Under the pieces are notes generated by a model. The model was given only the letters and a program-made list of their open reading frames with translations. It made no database searches and was not told the origin of the DNA. From assembly GCF_009914755.1 (NCBI RefSeq), contig NC_060928.1: DNA of 64,000 bases, one strand, 5' to 3'. The position numbers were made by a program, and so were the translations under genes. Shown here piece after piece: positions 36,903-64,000 of this stretch; position 1 is the stretch's first letter; the number at the start of each line of letters is the position of its first letter. Source of the DNA: the human T2T-CHM13v2.0 reference genome, Homo sapiens.

Positions 36903-38300
36903 GACGCGGGGTTGGGACGGGGTCGGGTGGTTCGGGGCAGGGCGGTGGCCTCTCTTTCGCGGGGAACACCTGGCTGGCTACGGAGGGGCGTGTCTCCGCC
37001 CCGCCCCCTCCACCGGGCTGACCGGCCTGGGATTCCTGCCTTCTAGGTCTAGGCCCGGTGAGAGACTCCACACCGCGGAGAACTGCCATTCTTTCCTGGG
37101 CATCCCGGGGATCCCAGAGCCGGCCCAGGTACCAGCAGGTGGGCCGCCTACTGCGCACGCGCGGGTTTGCGGGCAGCCGCCTGGGCTGTGGGAGCAGCCC
37201 GGGCAGAGCTCTCCTGCCTCTCCACCAGCCCACCCCGCCGCCTGACCGCCCCCTCCCCACCCCCACCCCCCACCCCCGGAAAACGCGTCGTCCCCTGGGC
37301 TGGGTGGAGACCCCCGTCCCGCGAAACACCGGGCCCCGCGCAGCGTCCGGGCCTGACACCGCTCCGGCGGCTCGCCTCCTCTGCGCCCCCGCGCCACCGT
37401 CGCCCGCCCGCCCGGGCCCCTGCAGCCGCCCAGGTGCCAGCACGGAGCGCCTGGCGGCGGAACGCAGACCCCAGGCCCGGCGCACACCGGGGACGCTGAG
37501 CGTTCCAGGCGGGAGGGAAGGCGGGCAGAGATGGAGAGAGGAACGGGAGACCTAGAGGGGCGGAAGGACGGGCGGAGGGACGTTAGGAGGGAGGGAGGGA
37601 GGCAGGGAGGCAGGGAGGAACGGAGGGAAAGACAGAGCGACGCAGGGACTGGGGGCGGGCGGGAGGGAGCCGGGGACGGGGGGAGGAAGGCAGGGAGGAA
37701 AAGCGGTCCTCGGCCTCCGGGAGTAGCGGGACCCCCGCCCTCCGGGAAAACGGTCAGCGTCCGGCGCGGGCTGAGGGCTGGGCCCACAGCCGCCGCGCCG
37801 GCCGGCGGGGCACCACCCATTCGCCCCGGTTCCGGGGCCCAGGGAGTGGGCGGTTTCCTCCGGGACAAAAGACCGGGACTCGGGTTGCCGTCGGGTCTTC
37901 ACCCGCGCGGTTCACAGACCGCACATCCCCAGGCTGAGCCCTGCAACGCGGCGCGAGGCCGACAGCCCCGGCCACGGAGGAGCCACACGCAGGACGACGG
38001 AGGCGTGATTTTGGTTTCCGCGTGGCTTTGCCCTCCGCAAGGCGGCCTGTTGCTCACGTCTCTCCGGCCCCCGAAAGGCTGGCCATGCCGACTGTTTGCT
38101 CCCGGAGCTCTGCGGGCACCCGGAAACATGCAGGGAAGGGTGCAAGCCCGGCACGGTGCCTTCGCTCTCCTTGCCAGGTTCCAAACCGGCCACACTGCAG
38201 ACTCCCCACGTTGCCGCACGCGGGAATCCATCGTCAGGCCATCACGCCGGGGAGGCATCTCCTCTCTGGGGTCTCGCTCTGGTCTTCTACGTGGAAATGA

Positions 38301-40199
<1,899 letters not shown>

Positions 40200-41302
40200 G
40201 ACGCGGGGTTGGGACGGGGTCGGGTGGTTCGGGGCAGGGCCGTGGCCTCTCTTTCGCGGGGAACACCTGGCTGGCTACGGAGGGGCGTGTCTCCGCCCCG
40301 CCCCCTCCACCGGGCTGACCGGCCTGGGATTCCTGCCTTCTAGGTCTAGGCCCGGTGAGAGACTCCACACCGCGGAGAACTGCCATTCTTTCCTGGGCAT
40401 CCCGGGGATCCCAGAGCCGGCCCAGGTACCAGCAGGTGGGCCGCCTACTGCGCACGCGCGGGTTTGCGGGCAGCCGCCTGGGCTGTGGGAGCAGCCCGGG
40501 CAGAGCTCTCCTGCCTCTCCACCAGCCCACCCCGCCGCCTGACCGCCCCCTCCCCACCCCCACCCCCCACCCCCGGAAAACGCGTCGTCCCCTGGGCTGG
40601 GTGGAGACCCCCGTCCCGCGAAACACCGGGCCCCGCGCAGCGTCCGGGCCTGACACCGCTCCGGCGGCTCGCCTCCTCTGCGCCCCCGCGCCACCGTCGC
40701 CCGCCCGCCCGGGCCCCTGCAGCCGCCCAGGTGCCAGCACGGAGCGCCTGGCGGCGGAACGCAGACCCCAGGCCCGGCGCACACCGGGGACGCTGAGCGT
40801 TCCAGGCGGGAGGGAAGGCGGGCAGAGATGGAGAGAGGAACGGGAGACCTAGAGGGGCGGAAGGACGGGCGGAGGGACGTTAGGAGGGAGGGAGGGAGGC
40901 AGGGAGGCAGGGAGGAACGGAGGGAGAGACAGAGCGACGCAGGGACTGGGGGCGGGCGGGAGGGAGCCGGGGACGGGGGGAGGAAGGCAGGGAGGAAAAG
41001 CGGTCCTCGGCCTCCGGGAGTAGCGGGACCCCCGCCCTCCGGGAAAACGGTCAGCGTCCGGCGCGGGCTGAGGGCTGGGCCCACAGCCGCCGCGCCGGCC
41101 GGCGCGGCACCCATTCGCCCCGGTTCCGTGGCCCAGGGAGTGGGCGGTTTCCTCCGGGACAAAAGACCGGGACTCGGGTTGCCGTCGGGTTTTCACCCGC
41201 GCGGTTCACAGACCGCACATCCCCAGGCTCAGCCCTGCAACGCGGCGCGAGGCCGACAGCCCCGGCCACGGAGGAGCCACACGCAGGACGACGGAGGCGT
41301 GA

Positions 41303-43492
<2,190 letters not shown>

Positions 43493-44598
43493 GACGCGGG
43501 GTTGGGACGGGGTCGGGTGGTTCGGGGCAGGGCGGTGGCCTCTCTTTCGCGGGGAACACCTGGCTGGCTACGGAGGGGCGTGTCTCCGCCCCGCCCCCTC
43601 CACCGGGCTGACCGGCCTGGGATTCCTGCCTTCTAGGTCTAGGCCCGGTGAGAGACTCCACACCGCGGAGAACTGCCATTCTTTCCTGGGCATCCCGGGG
43701 ATCCCAGAGCCGGCCCAGGTACCAGCAGGTGGGCCGCCTACTGCGCACGCGCGGGTTTGCGGGCAGCCGCCTGGGCTGTGGGAGCAGCCCGGGCAGAGCT
43801 CTCCTGCCTCTCCACCAGCCCACCCCGCCGCCTGACCGCCCCCTCCCCACCCCCACCCCCCACCCCCGGAAAACGCGTCGTCCCCTGGGCTGGGTGGAGA
43901 CCCCCGTCCCGCGAAACACCGGGCCCCGCGCAGCGTCCGGGCCTGACACCGCTCCGGCGGCTCGCCTCCTCTGCGCCCCCGCGCCACCGTCGCCCGCCCG
44001 CCCGGGCCCCTGCAGCCGCCCAGGTGCCAGCACGGAGCGCCTGGCGGCGGAACGCAGACCCCAGGCCCGGCGCACACCGGGGACGCTGAGCGTTCCAGGC
44101 GGGAGGGAAGGCGGGCAGAGATGGAGAGAGGAACGGGAGACCTAGAGGGGCGGAAGGACGGGCGGAGGGACGTTAGGAGGGAGGGAGGGAGGCAGGGAGG
44201 CAGGGAGGAACGGAGGGAAAGACAGAGCGACGCAGGGACTGGGGGCGGGCGGGAGGGAGCCGGGGACGGGGGGAGGAAGGCAGGGAGGAAAAGCGGTCCT
44301 CGGCCTCCGGGAGTAGCGGGACCCCCGCCCTCCGGGAAAACGGTCAGCGTCCGGCGCGGGCTGAGGGCTGGGCCCACAGCCGCCGCGCCGGCCGGCGGGG
44401 CACCACCCATTCGCCCCGGTTCCGGGGCCCAGGGAGTGGGCGGTTTCCTCCGGGACAAAAGACCGGGACTCGGGTTGCCGTCGGGTCTTCACCCGCGCGG
44501 TTCACAGACCGCACATCCCCAGGCTGAGCCCTGCAACGCGGCGCGAGGCCGACAGCCCCGGCCACGGAGGAGCCACACGCAGGACGACGGAGGCGTGA

Positions 44599-46791
<2,193 letters not shown>

Positions 46792-48190
46792 GACGCGGGG
46801 TTGGGACGGGGTCGGGTGGTTCGGGGCAGGGCCGTGGCCTCTCTTTCGCGGGGAACACCTGGCTGGCTACGGAGGGGCGTGTCTCCGCCCCGCCCCCTCC
46901 ACCGGGCTGACCGGCCTGGGATTCCTGCCTTCTAGGTCTAGGCCCGGTGAGAGACTCCACACCGCGGAGAACTGCCATTCTTTCCTGGGCATCCCGGGGA
47001 TCCCAGAGCCGGCCCAGGTACCAGCAGGTGGGCCGCCTACTGCGCACGCGCGGGTTTGCGGGCAGCCGCCTGGGCTGTGGGAGCAGCCCGGGCAGAGCTC
47101 TCCTGCCTCTCCACCAGCCCACCCCGCCGCCTGACCGCCCCCTCCCCACCCCCACCCCCCACCCCCGGAAAACGCGTCGTCCCCTGGGCTGGGTGGAGAC
47201 CCCCGTCCCGCGAAACACCGGGCCCCGCGCAGCGTCCGGGCCTGACACCGCTCCGGCGGCTCGCCTCCTCTGCGCCCCCGCGCCACCGTCGCCCGCCCGC
47301 CCGGGCCCCTGCAGCCGCCCAGGTGCCAGCACGGAGCGCCTGGCGGCGGAACGCAGACCCCAGGCCCGGCGCACACCGGGGACGCTGAGCGTTCCAGGCG
47401 GGAGGGAAGGCGGGCAGAGATGGAGAGAGGAACGGGAGACCTAGAGGGGCGGAAGGACGGGCGGAGGGACGTTAGGAGGGAGGGAGGGAGGCAGGGAGGC
47501 AGGGAGGAACGGAGGGAAAGACAGAGCGACGCAGGGACTGGGGGCGGGCGGGAGGGAGCCGGGGACGGACGGGGGGAGGAAGGCAGGGAGGAAAAGCGGT
47601 CCTCGGCCTCCGGGAGTAGCGGGACCCCCGCCCTCCGGGAAAACGGTCAGCGTCCGGCGCGGGCTGAGGGCTGGGCCCACAGCCGCCGCGCCGGCCGGCG
47701 CGGCACCCATTCGCCCCGGTTCCGTGGCCCAGGGAGTGGGCGGTTTCCTCCGGGACAAAAGACCGGGACTCGGGTTGCCGTCGGGTTTTCACCCGCGCGG
47801 TTCACAGACCGCACATCCCCAGGCTCAGCCCTGCAACGCGGCGCGAGGCCGACAGCCCCGGCCACGGAGGAGCCACACGCAGGACGACGGAGGCGTGATT
47901 TTGGTTTCCGCGTGGCTTTGCCCTCCGCAAGGCGGCCTGTTGCTCACGTCTCTCCGGCCCCCGAAAGGCTGGCCATGCCGACTGTTTGCTCCCGGAGCTC
48001 TGCGGGCACCCGGAAACATGCAGGGAAGGGTGCAAGCCCGGCACGGTGCCTTCGCTCTCCTTGCCAGGTTCCAAACCGGCCACACTGCAGACTCCCCACG
48101 TTGCCGCACGCGGGAATCCATCGTCAGGCCATCACGCCGGGGAGGCATCTCCTCTCTGGGGTCTCGCTCTGGTCTTCTACGTGGAAATGA

Positions 48191-50089
<1,899 letters not shown>

Positions 50090-51490
50090 GACGCGGGGTT
50101 GGGACGGGGTCGGGTGGTTCGGGGCAGGGCGGTGGCCTCTCTTTCGCGGGGAACACCTGGCTGGCTACGGAGGGGCGTGTCTCCGCCCCGCCCCCTCCAC
50201 CGGGCTGACCGGCCTGGGATTCCTGCCTTCTAGGTCTAGGCCCGGTGAGAGACTCCACACCGCGGAGAACTGCCATTCTTTCCTGGGCATCCCGGGGATC
50301 CCAGAGCCGGCCCAGGTACCAGCAGGTGGGCCGCCTACTGCGCACGCGCGGGTTTGCGGGCAGCCGCCTGGGCTGTGGGAGCAGCCCGGGCAGAGCTCTC
50401 CTGCCTCTCCACCAGCCCACCCCGCCGCCTGACCGCCCCCTCCCCACCCCCACCCCCCACCCCCGGAAAACGCGTCGTCCCCTGGGCTGGGTGGAGACCC
50501 CCGTCCCGCGAAACACCGGGCCCCGCGCAGCGTCCGGGCCTGACACCGCTCCGGCGGCTCGCCTCCTCTGCGCCCCCGCGCCACCGTCGCCCGCCCGCCC
50601 GGGCCCCTGCAGCCGCCCAGGTGCCAGCACGGAGCGCCTGGCGGCGGAACGCAGACCCCAGGCCCGGCGCACACCGGGGACGCTGAGCGTTCCAGGCGGG
50701 AGGGAAGGCGGGCAGAGATGGAGAGAGGAACGGGAGACCTAGAGGGGCGGAAGGACGGGCGGAGGGACGTTAGGAGGGAGGGAGGGAGGCAGGGAGGCAG
50801 GGAGGAACGGAGGGAAAGACAGAGCGACGCAGGGACTGGGGGCGGGCGGGAGGGAGCCGGGGACGGACGGGGGGAGGAAGGCAGGGAGGAAAAGCGGTCC
50901 TCGGCCTCCGGGAGTAGCGGGACCCCCGCCCTCCGGGAAAACGGTCAGCGTCCGGCGCGGGCTGAGGGCTGGGCCCACAGCCGCCGCGCCGGCCGGCGGG
51001 GCACCACCCATTCGCCCCGGTTCCGGGGCCCAGGGAGTGGGCGGTTTCCTCCGGACAAAAGACCGGGACTCGGGTTGCCGTCGGGTCTTCACCCGCGCGG
51101 TTCACAGACCGCACATCCCCAGGCTGAGCCCTGCAACGCGGCGCGAGGCCGACAGCCCCGGCCACGGAGGAGCCACACGCAGGACGACGGAGGCGTGATT
51201 TTGGTTTCCGCGTGGCTTTGCCCTCCGCAAGGCGGCCTGTTGCTCACGTCTCTCCGGCCCCCGAAAGGCTGGCCATGCCGACTGTTTGCTCCCGGAGCTC
51301 TGCGGGCACCCGGAAACATGCAGGGAAGGGTGCAAGCCCGGCACGGTGCCTTCGCTCTCCTTGCCAGGTTCCAAACCGGCCACACTGCAGACTCCCCACG
51401 TTGCCGCACGCGGGAATCCATCGTCAGGCCATCACGCCGGGGAGGCATCTCCTCTCTGGGGTCTCGCTCTGGTCTTCTACGTGGAAATGA

Positions 51491-53389
<1,899 letters not shown>

Positions 53390-54499
53390 GACGCGGGGTT
53401 GGGACGGGGTCGGGTGGTTCGGGGCAGGGCGGTGGCCTCTCTTTCGCGGGGAACACCTGGCTGGCTACGGAGGGGCGTGTCTCCGCCCCGCCCCCTCCAC
53501 CGGGCTGACCGGCCTGGGATTCCTGCCTTCTAGGTCTAGGCCCGGTGAGAGACTCCACACCGCGGAGAACTGCCATTCTTTCCTGGGCATCCCGGGGATC
53601 CCAGAGCCGGCCCAGGTACCAGCAGGTGGGCCGCCTACTGCGCACGCGCGGGTTTGCGGGCAGCCGCCTGGGCTGTGGGAGCAGCCCGGGCAGAGCTCTC
53701 CTGCCTCTCCACCAGCCCACCCCGCCGCCTGACCGCCCCCTCCCCACCCCCACCCCCCACCCCCGGAAAACGCGTCGTCCCCTGGGCTGGGTGGAGACCC
53801 CCGTCCCGCGAAACACCGGGCCCCGCGCAGCGTCCGGGCCTGACACCGCTCCGGCGGCTCGCCTCCTCTGCGCCCCCGCGCCACCGTCGCCCGCCCGCCC
53901 GGGCCCCTGCAGCCGCCCAGGTGCCAGCACGGAGCGCCTGGCGGCGGAACGCAGACCCCAGGCCCGGCGCACACCGGGGACGCTGAGCGTTCCAGGCGGG
54001 AGGGAAGGCGGGCAGAGATGGAGAGAGGAACGGGAGACCTAGAGGGGCGGAAGGACGGGCGGAGGGACGTTAGGAGGGAGGGAGGGAGGCAGGGAGGCAG
54101 GGAGGAACGGAGGGAAAGACAGAGCGACGCAGGGACTGGGGGCGGGCGGGAGGGAGCCGGGGACGGACGGGGGGAGGAAGGCAGGGAGGAAAAGCGGTCC
54201 TCGGCCTCCGGGAGTAGCGGGACCCCCGCCCTCCGGGAAAACGGTCAGCGTCCGGCGCGGGCTGAGGGCTGGGCCCACAGCCGCCGCGCCGGCCGGCGGG
54301 GCACCACCCATTCGCCCCGGTTCCGGGGCCCAGGGAGTGGGCGGTTTCCTCCGGGACAAAAGACCGGGACTCGGGTTGCCGTCGGGTCTTCACCCGCGCG
54401 GTTCACAGACCGCACATCCCCAGGCTGAGCCCTGCAACGCGGCGCGAGGCCGACAGCCCCGGCCACGGAGGAGCCACACGCAGGACGACGGAGGCGTGA

Positions 54500-56689
<2,190 letters not shown>

Positions 56690-58087
56690 GACGCGGGGTT
56701 GGGACGGGGTCGGGTGGTTCGGGGCAGGGCGGTGGCCTCTCTTTCGCGGGGAACACCTGGCTGGCTACGGAGGGGCGTGTCTCCGCCCCGCCCCCTCCAC
56801 CGGGCTGACCGGCCTGGGATTCCTGCCTTCTAGGTCTAGGCCCGGTGAGAGACTCCACACCGCGGAGAACTGCCATTCTTTCCTGGGCATCCCGGGGATC
56901 CCAGAGCCGGCCCAGGTACCAGCAGGTGGGCCGCCTACTGCGCACGCGCGGGTTTGCGGGCAGCCGCCTGGGCTGTGGGAGCAGCCCGGGCAGAGCTCTC
57001 CTGCCTCTCCACCAGCCCACCCCGCCGCCTGACCGCCCCCTCCCCACCCCCACCCCCCACCCCCGGAAAACGCGTCGTCCCCTGGGCTGGGTGGAGACCC
57101 CCGTCCCGCGAAACACCGGGCCCCGCGCAGCGTCCGGGCCTGACACCGCTCCGGCGGCTCGCCTCCTCTGCGCCCCCGCGCCACCGTCGCCCGCCCGCCC
57201 GGGCCCCTGCAGCCGCCCAGGTGCCAGCACGGAGCGCCTGGCGGCGGAACGCAGACCCCAGGCCCGGCGCACACCGGGGACGCTGAGCGTTCCAGGCGGG
57301 AGGGAAGGCGGGCAGAGATGGAGAGAGGAACGGGAGACCTAGAGGGGCGGAAGGACGGGCGGAGGGACGTTAGGAGGGAGGGAGGGAGGCAGGGAGGCAG
57401 GGAGGAACGGAGGGAAAGACAGAGCGACGCAGGGACTGGGGGCGGGCGGGAGGGAGCCGGGGACGGGGGGAGGAAGGCAGGGAGGAAAAGCGGTCCTCGG
57501 CCTCCGGGAGTAGCGGGACCCCCGCCCTCCGGGAAAACGGTCAGCGTCCGGCGCGGGCTGAGGCCTGGGCCCACAGCCGCCGCGCCGGCCGGCGGGGCAC
57601 CACCCATTCGCCCCGGTTCCGGGGCCCAGGGAGTGGGCGGTTTCCTCCGGGACAAAAGACCGGGACTCGGGTTGCCGTCGGGTCTTCACCCGCGCGGTTC
57701 ACAGACCGCACATCCCCAGGCTGAGCCCTGCAACGCGGCGCGAGGCCGACAGCCCCGGCCACGGAGGAGCCACACGCAGGACGACGGAGGCGTGATTTTG
57801 GTTTCCGCGTGGCTTTGCCCTCCGCAAGGCGGCCTGTTGCTCACGTCTCTCCGGCCCCCGAAAGGCTGGCCATGCCGACTGTTTGCTCCCGGAGCTCTGC
57901 GGGCACCCGGAAACATGCAGGGAAGGGTGCAAGCCCGGCACGGTGCCTTCGCTCTCCTTGCCAGGTTCCAAACCGGCCACACTGCAGACTCCCCACGTTG
58001 CCGCACGCGGGAATCCATCGTCAGGCCATCACGCCGGGGAGGCATCTCCTCTCTGGGGTCTCGCTCTGGTCTTCTACGTGGAAATGA

Positions 58088-59986
<1,899 letters not shown>

Positions 59987-61385
59987 GACGCGGGGTTGGG
60001 ACGGGGTCGGGTGGTTCGGGGCAGGGCGGTGGCCTCTCTTTCGCGGGGAACACCTGGCTGGCTACGGAGGGGCGTGTCTCCGCCCCGCCCCCTCCACCGG
60101 GCTGACCGGCCTGGGATTCCTGCCTTCTAGGTCTAGGCCCGGTGAGAGACTCCACACCGCGGAGAACTGCCATTCTTTCCTGGGCATCCCGGGGATCCCA
60201 GAGCCGGCCCAGGTACCAGCAGGTGGGCCGCCTACTGCGCACGCGCGGGTTTGCGGGCAGCCGCCTGGGCTGTGGGAGCAGCCCGGGCAGAGCTCTCCTG
60301 CCTCTCCACCAGCCCACCCCGCCGCCTGACCGCCCCCTCCCCACCCCCACCCCCCACCCCCGGAAAACGCGTCGTCCCCTGGGCTGGGTGGAGACCCCCG
60401 TCCCGCGAAACACCGGGCCCCGCGCAGCGTCCGGGCCTGACACCGCTCCGGCGGCTCGCCTCCTCTGCGCCCCCGCGCCACCGTCGCCCGCCCGCCCGGG
60501 CCCCTGCAGCCGCCCAGGTGCCAGCACGGAGCGCCTGGCGGCGGAACGCAGACCCCAGGCCCGGCGCACACCGGGGACGCTGAGCGTTCCAGGCGGGAGG
60601 GAAGGCGGGCAGAGATGGAGAGAGGAACGGGAGACCTAGAGGGGCGGAAGGACGGGCGGAGGGACGTTAGGAGGGAGGGAGGGAGGCAGGGAGGCAGGGA
60701 GGAACGGAGGGAAAGACAGAGCGACGCAGGGACTGGGGGCGGGCGGGAGGGAGCCGGGGACGGACGGGGGGAGGAAGGCAGGGAGGAAAAGCGGTCCTCG
60801 GCCTCCGGGAGTAGCGGGACCCCCGCCCTCCGGGAAAACGGTCAGCGTCCGGCGCGGGCTGAGGGCTGGGCCCACAGCCGCCGCGCCGGCCGGCGCGGCA
60901 CCCATTCGCCCCGGTTCCGTGGCCCAGGGAGTGGGCGGTTTCCTCCGGGACAAAAGACCGGGACTCGGGTTGCCGTCGGGTTTTCACCCGCGCGGTTCAC
61001 AGACCGCACATCCCCAGGCTCAGCCCTGCAACGCGGCGCGAGGCCGACAGCCCCGGCCACGGAGGAGCCACACGCAGGACGACGGAGGCGTGATTTTGGT
61101 TTCCGCGTGGCTTTGCCCTCCGCAAGGCGGCCTGTTGCTCACGTCTCTCCGGCCCCCGAAAGGCTGGCCATGCCGACTGTTTGCTCCCGGAGCTCTGCGG
61201 GCACCCGGAAACATGCAGGGAAGGGTGCAAGCCCGGCACGGTGCCTTCGCTCTCCTTGCCAGGTTCCAAACCGGCCACACTGCAGACTCCCCACGTTGCC
61301 GCACGCGGGAATCCATCGTCAGGCCATCACGCCGGGGAGGCATCTCCTCTCTGGGGTCTCGCTCTGGTCTTCTACGTGGAAATGA

Positions 61386-63284
<1,899 letters not shown>

Positions 63285-64000
63285 GACGCGGGGTTGGGAC
63301 GGGGTCGGGTGGTTCGGGGCAGGGCGGTGGCCTCTCTTTCGCGGGGAACACCTGGCTGGCTACGGAGGGGCGTGTCTCCGCCCCGCCCCCTCCACCGGGC
63401 TGACCGGCCTGGGATTCCTGCCTTCTAGGTCTAGGCCCGGTGAGAGACTCCACACCGCGGAGAACTGCCATTCTTTCCTGGGCATCCCGGGGATCCCAGA
63501 GCCGGCCCAGGTACCAGCAGGTGGGCCGCCTACTGCGCACGCGCGGGTTTGCGGGCAGCCGCCTGGGCTGTGGGAGCAGCCCGGGCAGAGCTCTCCTGCC
63601 TCTCCACCAGCCCACCCCGCCGCCTGACCGCCCCCTCCCCACCCCCACCCCCCACCCCCGGAAAACGCGTCGTCCCCTGGGCTGGGTGGAGACCCCCGTC
63701 CCGCGAAACACCGGGCCCCGCGCAGCGTCCGGGCCTGACACCGCTCCGGCGGCTCGCCTCCTCTGCGCCCCCGCGCCACCGTCGCCCGCCCGCCCGGGCC
63801 CCTGCAGCCGCCCAGGTGCCAGCACGGAGCGCCTGGCGGCGGAACGCAGACCCCAGGCCCGGCGCACACCGGGGACGCTGAGCGTTCCAGGCGGGAGGGA
63901 AGGCGGGCAGAGATGGAGAGAGGAACGGGAGACCTAGAGGGGCGGAAGGACGGGCGGAGGGACGTTAGGAGGGAGGGAGGGAGGCAGGGAGGCAGGGAGG

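Overview
The whole 64-kb window lies inside the human D4Z4 macrosatellite, the ~3.3-kb head-to-tail, very GC/CpG-rich repeat of the 4q35/10q26 subtelomeres (the FSHD locus). It holds 19 complete KpnI-defined units (U1-U19, 856-63509, 3293-3305 bp each) plus two partial units. Each unit carries a + strand DUX4 double-homeobox ORF (424 aa). Every full unit has the XapI/ApoI site AAATTC and I saw no BlnI site (CCTAGG), so the units are 4q-type. Neither array end (p13E-11 side, pLAM poly(A) signal) is present. This is a well-studied locus and I cannot support a new biological system here. What is worth following up is the variation between units: (1) one nonsense copy (R145*, U11); (2) two private missense copies (A156V, G276S); (3) a recurrent A>C change that removes the upstream MKG start codon inside the DBE element, in U4/U8/U12; (4) a hint of 4-unit higher-order structure; (5) a variable poly-C tract that sets which upstream frame is fused to DUX4; (6) mosaic units with short conversion tracts; (7) a mutation spectrum in which CpG transitions are singletons while many shared variants are G<->C transversions. 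Variants were catalogued by eye and need confirming by alignment; homopolymer lengths may be assembly errors.
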